From a virus: 64,000 nucleotides of DNA. The stretch lies in IMG/VR virus record IMGVR_UViG_3300045988_180775, one strand, 5' to 3'. Below, piece after piece: positions 44,294-53,260 of this stretch (its first letter is position 1; each line of letters begins with the position of its first letter). The notes under the pieces are model-generated. The model was not told the origin of the DNA. It was given only the letters and a program-made list of their open reading frames with translations, and did not search any database. Made by a program: the position numbers and the translations under genes.

Positions 44294-46570
44294 TTACCGC
44301 ATCCCCGGCAGCTTCCCCGACATTCTCGGTTTCCCTGTAGTCGGCGTAGAACTGAAGCTGCGCTTCGGCGGTGCTGGGCGCTTCCCACCCTGCGCTACAT
44401 CTTTTGCTTCGGCAGGCGTGGGGGCTTCCTTCGGTTTGCTTATGTCTTCCTGCTGCGGTTCTGTTTCGTCCCCTGCGCTTTCCAAGTCGATATCTGCGTT
44501 CGGCTTTGCGTCAACGGACAGTACCGGCTCCTGCTGTGCAGGTGGTGCTGAAGGTTCGACCGCCTGCTCCTCGTCTGTCTCGTCTACCTCGATGTATTCA
44601 TCACCGCAGTCCTCGACCTCTATCACATCGTCATCGGAGCCTTTCTTATTTATCTCCTTGACGTATGCAATAACGGCATCCTTGCTCTCTTCCCAAATGC
44701 TTTGTACTGGTATCGAGTTGCACATCCCCGTGTACGAACGGTCTACCTCGTTGATGTGCGGATGCGTGATATTGAAAGCGTCCAGAATATTTTGCTGACG
44801 CTGATAAAACAGCTCTCGCCCCTCTTTGTCGGTAATGGGTGGGATTTCACGGAAGTCAAAATTGCTGAGTTTCTTGGCGTCCGTATGAAGCGTGTGGGGG
44901 TATTTTTTCGCAAGTATAGGGTTATGCCCCTGAAAGATAATGATGCTGTCGTTCTTCCCCATCTTAAATGCTTCATCCAGCCCCACCAGCGCACGCTTAC
45001 CTTCGCCAGATGACCAGTTGTGAAGGAACTCGTTGTTTTTCAGCAGCGTTTCCATCGCCTTATGCTGGTTGGTCCGGACGTTTACGGTCGTATCACCGAT
45101 ACGAGAGGACACCATTTTCGCGGTAAATTCGTCGTTGATACCAAGGCTCACTAATGTCGAGCAGTTACTCAGGAGGGTTGCCCAGGTTGTCTGGTAGTTG
45201 TTCTGAAGCTGGGTGATGTCCTGAAATATCATACAGACATTCATGGCACGCTTTCGAATCGTCGCCATTTTTCGGTCAAAATCCGGAATCGTGCCGATTG
45301 ACGGAAACTCGTCCAGCAGGAAATCAACAGGGACATCGAGCTTACGGTCCTTGCCGTTATTATCCGCGTCGTTGATAAGGGTAATGAACAGCATGGAGAA
45401 GAACAGGGACACGATGAATTTGTAGGTGTCATGGCTGTCAGGGAAAATGCAGAAATAAGCGCAAGGCTGCTTTCCTGGAAGAGACATATCAATGCAGGGG
45501 GTGGAGAGCAGCGTCCGCACTTTTGCGTCATCCATAACCCCGATATCTGCCGCAAGGTTCACAATGAGGTTGCCGCGAAGATTCGGTGAGGACTGCTTGA
45601 AGGTCATGTACGGTCCGACGCAGGGCTGTTCCTCCGGCGTAAGACTGTCCGGGTCAAACATCATATCCAGATATGCCTCTCCCCCTGGGTTCTTGAGCAT
45701 CTGATGGACAGAGTTGATATTCTTCTTCTCAGGCGGGTAGTCATGTCCAAGCGCAACGCGCAGAAGGAGCGCCTTCAAAAGAGATTTCGGTCCGCTCTCG
45801 TAAATACCAGCACTCCCTCCGGCGTTGGAAATAATAACATTCGCAAAAATCTCTGCATTTTCGCCAATACGTTCTGGGTCTGCCAAAAGCGAGTCCATGC
45901 AATTCCAGCCGTCACTCTTGCTGATATTGTGCAGGTCGAAGCGTCGCACGACATATCCGTTGTCCATGAAGTACCTTGCCATATCTGCGTAAAGGCCGCC
46001 GTCCGGGTCTGTGAATATCAGGGACTCCCGGCGCTTTACCGCCTGGAAAGCGTAGTTCTTTGTAAAGGTATAGGTCTTGCCGCAGCCTGACGCGCCGATG
46101 ACGGCAATGTGCCGGTTCGCACGGTTCATCTTATCCTCTCGGAATACAATGGGGTAGCGGCCTGTCTCGTCCAGCTGTCCGAGGATAGTGCCAACTGCCT
46201 GCGGCTCATGCTGGATGATGGCGACATCCTCGTATTCTTTCGGGTCCTCAAAGTGCGCTTCTCCGTATGTCTTGCGGCCAATCGCCATGGAAAACAAGCG
46301 ACCCATCTTATCGACACCCGCTTCCTCGGAAGCGGAGTATGCCATCAGGATGGAAATGGCAATACCGATGAAAAGAAAACAGCCAAGGAACATCTTCCAC
46401 GGAAAGCCGTACTCACCGAAGAGGCGAATCAAACGGAACGGGTTGAGCGTGGACTTCACTACGGAAATGCTGAGAACAATCCCCGTCATGTAAATAGACA
46501 ATATGAGGACTACCAGCAATGCGATTTTCAGTCTGCGAATCAGATTCTGCTGTTGTTGAGTCATGGTCAC
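44294..46570 (-). CDS. type IV coupling protein (VirD4/TraG/TcpA family)
   Basis: N-terminal TM helices, Walker A VIGASGCGKTYTF, Walker B region FLLDEFPSIGTIPDF, about 758 aa. Confidence 0.9.
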   Translation of the reverse strand: MTMTQQQQNLIRRLKIALLVVLILSIYMTGIVLSISVVKSTLNPFRLIRLFGEYGFPWKMFLGCFLFIGIAISILMAYSASEEAGVDKMGRLFSMAIGRKTYGEAHFEDPKEYEDVAIIQHEPQAVGTILGQLDETGRYPIVFREDKMNRANRHIAVIGASGCGKTYTFTKNYAFQAVKRRESLIFTDPDGGLYADMARYFMDNGYVVRRFDLHNISKSDGWNCMDSLLADPERIGENAEIFANVIISNAGGSAGIYESGPKSLLKALLLRVALGHDYPPEKKNINSVHQMLKNPGGEAYLDMMFDPDSLTPEEQPCVGPYMTFKQSSPNLRGNLIVNLAADIGVMDDAKVRTLLSTPCIDMSLPGKQPCAYFCIFPDSHDTYKFIVSLFFSMLFITLINDADNNGKDRKLDVPVDFLLDEFPSIGTIPDFDRKMATIRKRAMNVCMIFQDITQLQNNYQTTWATLLSNCSTLVSLGINDEFTAKMVSSRIGDTTVNVRTNQHKAMETLLKNNEFLHNWSSGEGKRALVGLDEAFKMGKNDSIIIFQGHNPILAKKYPHTLHTDAKKLSNFDFREIPPITDKEGRELFYQRQQNILDAFNITHPHINEVDRSYTGMCNSIPVQSIWEESKDAVIAYVKEINKKGSDDDVIEVEDCGDEYIEVDETDEEQAVEPSAPPAQQEPVLSVDAKPNADIDLESAGDETEPQQEDISKPKEAPTPAEAKDVAQGGKRPAPPKRSFSSTPTTGKPRMSGKLPGMR

Positions 46571-46578
46571 TTACCTCC

Positions 46579-47904
46579 TCACCGTCCGCCGTAAGCGGGC
46601 CAGTATGTATTTTGCGCGAGATTGCCTCGCTCCACAGAATCTCCGACGCCATCACGCGGACGCTCAAATTTCAGGCACCACAGGAGTCCGGCCTCATACG
46701 CGCCATCTGATGTATTAGGCAGGTCCTTGATGGCGTTCCACGCTGTACGCTCCGAAGATTCGATTTCGGTCTTGAAAAACCAGAGCTGTCCTTCTATAGA
46801 GTCTTCAGCAAAACCATTTTCCTGCAAAAAACTCAGTAGTGCTGTCTTTCTGCTATAGGACCACTGGCATAAACCATAACCTTCGCCCAGTCCATCTCCG
46901 TATGCGTTTTTATCCTCATGTCTTGCCGGGTTAAAACCAGATTCATTTTGGATATTTGCCATAACCCCGCAGGCGGCAGCATTGTTCAGGCCAAGCTCCT
47001 CTGTCAGGAAAGAGAACACCTTCTCCTTGTTGGTGCCGCCCTGGATTTCCCAAAATGCTGTTTCAGGATATTCTACATGAACGATATAGCCGTTTTTCGC
47101 GGCTTTGTATGTGGTCGATGCTGTATAGTGGTTTTTTGCAACACCGCCGCCTGGGATTTGACCGCCGCCAGTTGTGTTGCCCTCGACCGTGTACCATCCA
47201 GTTTCATCCACCTCAACAATGATACCGATGTGATTAAAAGGCTTAGCCAGCCTTAGATTACCAGTCTCTGAAAAAAACATAAGGTCGCCCGGAACTGGTG
47301 TATAAGAACCACCGAACGGGGTTGTGCTTCGAACGGGATAGTATGCGTAGCCGTATCTTCCCGTGAGTTTCTTGAACATACTTGAGCAACTGGCATCCTT
47401 TGGAATTGTATTTTCCAAAAGGTCACATTCATTTGCGCACCAAGAGACAAACGCCGCGCACCACTGTCCGGAACGGTGGCTGCCATAGTACCAGTCGTTG
47501 TATTTGACATAATTCGAGTTCGGCGGGATTTCAATGGAATCATCCAAGCCGAGTTGGCTGAGCGCGACTTCAACGATATTGCTGCCATTTCCGCCTTCTC
47601 CAGTCGAAACACCAAGGTATTGCTTTGTGGTCAGAATGTTATTCCGATACCACTCTTCCTGATACCCTGCTTGCCGCTCATATTCGTTTCCGGTGTCGTC
47701 ATCCGTCCAGTCCTTCTCAAGATACTTATTATAGTCCCAGCCGAAGGAGGTTTCATACGATTCCTGGACTTCATCCCAATGCTCACCAAATGCGCCGCTT
47801 ACGCTCTTGCCGTCAATGGCAAATACGGTAGCTGTCATGCAGGATACCGAGAGAATACCGCACAGCAGTGAGGAAAGCATCTTTTTCCAGATATGGGTAG
47901 TCAT
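46579..47904 (-). CDS. secreted bifunctional cell-wall hydrolase (CHAP domain plus lysozyme-like domain)
   Basis: Signal/TM N-terminus. CHAP Cys motif GQWCAAFVSWCANE with downstream His. C-terminal GYGLCQWSYSRKTALL lysozyme-like pattern. Confidence 0.75.
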   Translation of the reverse strand: MTTHIWKKMLSSLLCGILSVSCMTATVFAIDGKSVSGAFGEHWDEVQESYETSFGWDYNKYLEKDWTDDDTGNEYERQAGYQEEWYRNNILTTKQYLGVSTGEGGNGSNIVEVALSQLGLDDSIEIPPNSNYVKYNDWYYGSHRSGQWCAAFVSWCANECDLLENTIPKDASCSSMFKKLTGRYGYAYYPVRSTTPFGGSYTPVPGDLMFFSETGNLRLAKPFNHIGIIVEVDETGWYTVEGNTTGGGQIPGGGVAKNHYTASTTYKAAKNGYIVHVEYPETAFWEIQGGTNKEKVFSFLTEELGLNNAAACGVMANIQNESGFNPARHEDKNAYGDGLGEGYGLCQWSYSRKTALLSFLQENGFAEDSIEGQLWFFKTEIESSERTAWNAIKDLPNTSDGAYEAGLLWCLKFERPRDGVGDSVERGNLAQNTYWPAYGGR

Positions 47905-47925
47905 GCAGAGCCTCCTTTCCTCGCG

Positions 47926-49251
47926 TTATGCTGCGGGTTCTTCTTCAAGTTCATCTTCGGGTTCTTGAGCAGTATCGTCTTCCGACTGCGAAACTCCAAT
48001 GCCACTCAAATCTCCACTCCAGAAGCCCATGATATCTGTTGCCAATTCATCTATGGAACGCATGGAGATAGATACTGAAAAATAAGCAGAATAATGTGTA
48101 ATACCATCATCATCAACATACGATGTTAAATTGATGGCGGAAGAGTCAGAAAAATCAGGGGACGTTACAACAAACAGCAGGTCTGCTGCCGGAGCCATGT
48201 GGTTCTCATATTCCTCACGAATATCTCTTGCATAGTCTTCATTGCTGCTCAGAGTCCCCGCCTGTGCAAGCTCCAGGCTCTTTGCCGTAATATCCTGTTT
48301 CATCTGTTCCTCCAGATACTGCGGCATAAAAGTGCCGCACCACGTCTTTGCGTAGCCATTGACGCCGCTTGCGCCTCCAATATTGAAGGAAACGCCGTTT
48401 CCGGCAAAGGTCTTATAGTAGCCAAGCCATTTCATGAAATCTGACAACTTCTGATTATCCAGAGAGCCGGCTTTCATGACGGTGTAGGCGGAGAGCAGCT
48501 TAATGGCATCGCTCTTGGTGGTCGGCGATTTCACTACGCAGACAGTTGCCCCGTCCCAAACACCGCTTCCGGCATACATCTGAGCGAGCTTTGTGTTGAT
48601 GCTTAGCTCTGCATTGTGTATCGCCGTCTCAATTTGGTCGGCCCGTTTGTCCAGCTTTTTCTGCGCAGCAGAAACCTTTTCATCAAGAGTTGTTTTTTCG
48701 TTTGCTTCGTTCATTGTGACGTACAATTCATATCCATCTTCAGTCAGAATGTCTGATTCATCGTCAACGGCATCATCTTTTGTGAACCAAGATTGTAAGC
48801 CATTCCAGATACTGCGGAACCAACCGGAAACAGCGTCCCCAATACGGGACAGCCCTTCTCCAGACAATCTTACGCCTGCCTTCAGCGTTGCCTCGACTCC
48901 GGCCACAAAGGTGCTTTTGTCAGAGCCGTAGACGTCAGATTCCCACTGCTCTTCGATATCCGCAAAATAAGTCGATACACCCTCGTAAATGGAGATAGGC
49001 AACGCATACAGGAACATGGTCGTAATCAGCACGAAAGATATGACAGGTATCAACAAGATAAGGAGAATTTTTTTGAGCGTTTCCGGGTCCTTTACTACTT
49101 CTGCTGCCGCTCCTGCCACATCGCCAGCCGCAGCGTGTGCAGCGGCTTTACCTAATGTTTTGGCGGTTCTCGCGGCATCCGCACCCATTTTTACCGCTCC
49201 TTGTATATCCCGTTCTACGGAATCGGAGACTTTTTCGTTTCTGTCATCCAT
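47926..49251 (-). CDS. conjugation-associated membrane-anchored protein (441 aa)
   Basis: Single N-terminal TM (ILLILLIPVISFVLITTMFLYAL) and acidic C-terminus. Sits within the T4SS gene block. Confidence 0.55.
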   Translation of the reverse strand: MDDRNEKVSDSVERDIQGAVKMGADAARTAKTLGKAAAHAAAGDVAGAAAEVVKDPETLKKILLILLIPVISFVLITTMFLYALPISIYEGVSTYFADIEEQWESDVYGSDKSTFVAGVEATLKAGVRLSGEGLSRIGDAVSGWFRSIWNGLQSWFTKDDAVDDESDILTEDGYELYVTMNEANEKTTLDEKVSAAQKKLDKRADQIETAIHNAELSINTKLAQMYAGSGVWDGATVCVVKSPTTKSDAIKLLSAYTVMKAGSLDNQKLSDFMKWLGYYKTFAGNGVSFNIGGASGVNGYAKTWCGTFMPQYLEEQMKQDITAKSLELAQAGTLSSNEDYARDIREEYENHMAPAADLLFVVTSPDFSDSSAINLTSYVDDDGITHYSAYFSVSISMRSIDELATDIMGFWSGDLSGIGVSQSEDDTAQEPEDELEEEPAA

Positions 49252-49352
49252 AAAATCACTCCTTTCCGTGTTGTAATGAGCCTAATGATTGTGTCCTATA
49301 CCGCCACCCGCCGCCCCGGTGAAAATGCTGGACGGCGGGTGGGTTTGTGGTG

Positions 49353-51998
49353 TTACTTTCGCTTATCGCGCAAGGGACCTACGCGAGGAGGCTTCTTGCC
49401 CTTGCCCTGTTCCTCCGGCTTGGGGCCTCCTCCGCCATTGCGGGAGCCGTCATCCCGCTGCCTGCCTTCGCTGCGCGGGGCAGATTCCGGAGAAGAAGGT
49501 GTCTGCGGCGTACCGGAAGCCGGCGTACCGGACGACTGGTCGTTGATGACTTCGATACGCTGTGTAGGCGTATAGCTGGGAGGCTGATTGATGATGGTGT
49601 TTTGTGTGACGGTCCGAGGTTCACCGTCGCTTCCGCCCGAAGCAGCACCCGCATCTCTGGCGGGAGGTTCGTAAGAGTGGGCTTCTCCACCGCCGGAGGG
49701 AGTCTCGTAAGTACGACGCTCACCGCCTGCGGCACCACCTGCGTCTTCGGAACGACGCTCATAAGTGTGCGTCTCTCCACCGCCGGAAGGAGTCTCGTGA
49801 GTACGGGAACTTTCTGTTCCTCTGCCGGTATTCGGCAGAGAATCGTCCGTATGAGGCTCATACCGCGTACTTGCAGCAATATTCTGTGCGACAGGTCTGC
49901 CCTGCTCAAATCTGGGGTTCTCGATATCCTGAAGTCCGCCGCCTTCCTGAACAGCGCGAGACCAATCTTCGACGCTGCCCTGAGTCTGGTCCACATCCAT
50001 TGCTCTCGCATAGAAAATCTCACCGTTCTTCGAGGGAATCTGCTGCATCTGAGCCTGCTGGATAGAGGACATCTGCTTATAGGCAGTCTCGTCCATGATT
50101 TCCAGACGCTTGAACTTCGGGACTTCCGTTCCGTCCTCATAGGTGCGGCCGGAACTGCCGGGAACGGCGCAGAGACCGCTGACCACTCGGCCGCCGCCCC
50201 ACTGATTCCCTGCTTCATCAGTGTATAGGGGCTGTGTCTCTGCACGGATATTGCTGAGGCGACTGGCCGCCGCCGTGCCGGACTGGTCGCCTACGCGGAG
50301 ATTTTCTCCGAAAGTATTGGAGAGTGCTGCCTGCGCAAGCGTATCGTTGCCAGAAATATTCTTTCTGTCGTTGAAAAGGACTTCCTGCGCGACAACAGGC
50401 GAGCCATGCGCGAGCGTATTCGCAAGCGTGCTCTGATACGCATTGGTCGAGTCTTCCTGCTGCGCCTTCATATTCTCCAGATTTTCCGGAGATAGGTTGG
50501 CGGGATTGACGTCATGGAACTCCGTGTCCGGAGCAAAATCAGTCAATTCGGTCTTATCAAAGTTATCCTGAATATGCGCGGCCACAGCGCTGTCCGGGCC
50601 AACCAGCATTCCGTCCTTGTCATCCCCAAACGGAAACGAGGTCATCAGGCCAGCATTTTTGGCTTCCGGAGACAGTTCGAAATTGGCTTTGTTGTCGCCG
50701 TCGGGTCCAATCAAGGCACAACCTGCACCGTTTGTCTCCAAATTCATGCGGGCAAACTGCTGTGCAGACATACCCATCTTCTTGGCATTGTCCTGGAAAT
50801 CCTGTTGACCTGTACGGCCTCCACCGTTCTCTCCGACGGGTCCGCTCTGCCGCTGGACCTTCTCCTGCCATGCGGCGGCACTTTCCTGAGAGCGTTTTGC
50901 CGTTGCCACAGCGTTTGCATTGCGGGGGGTGAACTGGTTCATGCCCCAGTCTCCAGCAGGAGTTTTCGCGTAATCCCTGGCCGCCTTTCTCGCGGCACGG
51001 CTGTCCGCCGGACTATTCCCCTGAGCGAATGCGTCATTGTACGCTCGCTTCCCACGAAAGAGATTGCCGAACGTGCTGTTGTTGCCGGAAAGAGCGTCTC
51101 CTTTGGATGCCTTCTGAGCTGCACCGCCAAATGCGTGCTTGAGTGCATAGCCGACTGCCATAGCGTTTCCAAGAATGCCTTCTCCGGTCGTCGGAACACC
51201 GATGCCGAGTTGCTGCATATAGGAATCCACCCGCTGTGCGATTTTGCACATGGTCAGGCACATAATCAGCTTTGCAATAACGGAGTTTCCTCCGCTCGTT
51301 GAACTGAGTGCGGAAATAGACAGTTTGGTAAAGAGTACGGAGAGCGACATCAGGGCGCATTCACCGCAGAACATTCCTACCCATCGTTGAAATACAGTAG
51401 CCGTCGCGGCAGAGGACAGGAACGGGTAAATGAGAGGCGATGTATAAACAAGAACGCCGACCATCAGGTATCGCTCAACACACTCCAGCAACAGCTTGAT
51501 AAGGTTCCATGCAATCGCAATGATTAGAACGAGTGAGACAAGCAGCCCAGCAGCTCCGACACCTACGGCAACGGACAAGTCTGTTAAGAGACTGTCGGGT
51601 ATGCCAAAATGATGGGTGATAGCGTCAGACCCAACAAAGATGTCGTATGGGACTTTCGCGATTCCCACAACTGCGGAAAGAAGATAGCCGCCGAGATAAA
51701 TGAGAACCGTGGCGAGTGCGGCTCGAACAAGGATTTGCGTAGGAGTATCCTGCGCTTTGGACAGGCTGCCAAGGAATACTTTGAACAAATTGACAGCCGC
51801 AATGGCAAGAACCAATCCCAGCCCGCAGGCTTGTAGAATTGCATAGGCTGTACCGAAATATGGAAAATTCTGATAAAGGTCTCCCAGGGTAAAGTTCAGG
51901 AGACCCCCATCGTTTCCATTGCCGAAGAAGAAATTGACAAACAACTGCAATCCTTCTCCGACCGCACTGAGCAGCCAGGAAAATATAGTTTCGAGCAT
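49353..51998 (-). CDS. VirB6/TcpH-like polytopic conjugation channel protein with Gly/Pro-rich repetitive C-terminus
   Basis: At least 8 predicted TM helices in the first about 360 aa. C-terminal low-complexity repeats (TPSGGGETHTYERR / TPSGGGEAHSYEPP). Confidence 0.6.
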   Translation of the reverse strand: MLETIFSWLLSAVGEGLQLFVNFFFGNGNDGGLLNFTLGDLYQNFPYFGTAYAILQACGLGLVLAIAAVNLFKVFLGSLSKAQDTPTQILVRAALATVLIYLGGYLLSAVVGIAKVPYDIFVGSDAITHHFGIPDSLLTDLSVAVGVGAAGLLVSLVLIIAIAWNLIKLLLECVERYLMVGVLVYTSPLIYPFLSSAATATVFQRWVGMFCGECALMSLSVLFTKLSISALSSTSGGNSVIAKLIMCLTMCKIAQRVDSYMQQLGIGVPTTGEGILGNAMAVGYALKHAFGGAAQKASKGDALSGNNSTFGNLFRGKRAYNDAFAQGNSPADSRAARKAARDYAKTPAGDWGMNQFTPRNANAVATAKRSQESAAAWQEKVQRQSGPVGENGGGRTGQQDFQDNAKKMGMSAQQFARMNLETNGAGCALIGPDGDNKANFELSPEAKNAGLMTSFPFGDDKDGMLVGPDSAVAAHIQDNFDKTELTDFAPDTEFHDVNPANLSPENLENMKAQQEDSTNAYQSTLANTLAHGSPVVAQEVLFNDRKNISGNDTLAQAALSNTFGENLRVGDQSGTAAASRLSNIRAETQPLYTDEAGNQWGGGRVVSGLCAVPGSSGRTYEDGTEVPKFKRLEIMDETAYKQMSSIQQAQMQQIPSKNGEIFYARAMDVDQTQGSVEDWSRAVQEGGGLQDIENPRFEQGRPVAQNIAASTRYEPHTDDSLPNTGRGTESSRTHETPSGGGETHTYERRSEDAGGAAGGERRTYETPSGGGEAHSYEPPARDAGAASGGSDGEPRTVTQNTIINQPPSYTPTQRIEVINDQSSGTPASGTPQTPSSPESAPRSEGRQRDDGSRNGGGGPKPEEQGKGKKPPRVGPLRDKRK

Positions 51999-52027
51999 GA
52001 GCTATTTCACCTCCACTTCCGCTGCCG

Positions 52028-52438
52028 TCACCAAGTAAAATCTGGATGTGCGGGGTCCCATTTGACCCCGTTCAACGAGTTGTATGCTGCTGAAATGACC
52101 AGCGGCAATAAGTACAACGCCATGAGCGCAATCAGGGACATCTTTATCATGGAGAAGCCCCTTTCCGCATCTTTCTCAGACCCAAAAAAAGCAATAAGGC
52201 CCCCGACAGTAATCGTGACAAGTGCGAATGGGGCTGCCATGCTGAGAATAAATTTGTAGGTTGCGCTGATGCGGTCCCGATACTCCCGCATAGACGAATC
52301 AGATACATTCGTACCAAACTCTACATCCGGGGACCACGGGTCTGCCGCAAACACAGGCGCAGAAAGCGTCAGGCTGACCGACACGATGCAGAGAGCTACT
52401 AAAATGGGAATCAAAAATCTATGAATTCGTTCATCCAT
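52028..52438 (-). CDS. small polytopic membrane protein (136 aa) of T4SS block
   Basis: Three to four hydrophobic helices. Confidence 0.5.
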   Translation of the reverse strand: MDERIHRFLIPILVALCIVSVSLTLSAPVFAADPWSPDVEFGTNVSDSSMREYRDRISATYKFILSMAAPFALVTITVGGLIAFFGSEKDAERGFSMIKMSLIALMALYLLPLVISAAYNSLNGVKWDPAHPDFTW

Positions 52439-52624
52439 AAAAAATAGGGCAAGGATACCCCCGCCCTACAAAGCCGGCGGAAGAACTGCCCGTCCTCCTT
52501 TCCGAAAATAGAAAACAAAAGAGGGCTTGCGGAATCCGGTGTGGGCCGGACTCCTGACAAGCTCTCTCTATATTGACAACCACAAAGCAAACGCAGTGGA
52601 TGACCTGCTCAACAGCCTGAGCTA

Positions 52625-53038
52625 TCAACCAAAGATTTGGTTCGTGGAGTTGTCAGCAATATTGCCAATCGCGCCGGTAACGGTCGTAACGAACAGCGGA
52701 GCAAGGAAGATGACGCCAACAACAAACAGAATCTTGATGATGTTGTCCTTGCACTTTTCCATGCCCTTTTCCGTACCGAGCAGAGCCTTCACAACATTGA
52801 AGCCAATGCCGACCAGAGCCAGAGGCGCGGTAATCGCTTGCAGCATATCCCAGATGCCCTTCAGAATGGTCTTGCCGGCCGACGTGATTTGCTGGAAGCC
52901 CTGCGCGGTTTCCGTATTCGCCGCAAAAGCGGTGACGGTAAACATAGCAGCCGTCAGGCACACGACCGTTGCTAAAGAAACGATGCGGGCGCGGACGCGC
53001 TGTCTCTCTTGAATTTGTTCGAGATTGCTATTCATCAT
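52625..53038 (-). CDS. small membrane protein with VirB2/TrbC-pilin-like topology (137 aa)
   Basis: Trimmed to ATGATG 53038 with RBS AGGAGCG (the track start is a TTG in the leader). Charged N-terminus, two hydrophobic segments, Gly-rich core. Confidence 0.45.
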   Translation of the reverse strand: MMNSNLEQIQERQRVRARIVSLATVVCLTAAMFTVTAFAANTETAQGFQQITSAGKTILKGIWDMLQAITAPLALVGIGFNVVKALLGTEKGMEKCKDNIIKILFVVGVIFLAPLFVTTVTGAIGNIADNSTNQIFG

Positions 53039-53199
53039 AGAAAAATCGCTCCTGTCTCGCGCCCAGAATATTTTTCGCTCAAAGTCAAATCCCTCACCCA
53101 CATGGGGAATCCAGCTCCGGGCCAGAGGTGCTTGACGCGGCGCTCCTCTTAGTCTAACTTTCCCACCCTTTCTCAAAAAGTCAAAATTCAGGCCTCCTT

Positions 53200-53227
53200 C
53201 TTATACCACACATGGGCAACACTTTAA
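53200..53227 (-). promoter_or_regulatory. extended -10 promoter (TGGTATAAG) with weak -35
   Basis: Minus strand TTAAAGtgttgcccatgtgTGgTATAAG. Shares the conserved TGTGTGGTATAA core of the promoter family. About 150-nt leader. Confidence 0.4.
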
Positions 53228-53260
53228 GAAGGTCGTGAGCGCAAAAAAAGAGCCTCTGCG

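Noticed and set aside
53039-53176. N-terminal 46 codons of track ORF 52625..53176
   Set aside because: They begin with TTG immediately after the promoter -10 with no SD. A well-placed ATGATG with AGGAGCG SD at 53038 gives a sensible 137-aa membrane protein.
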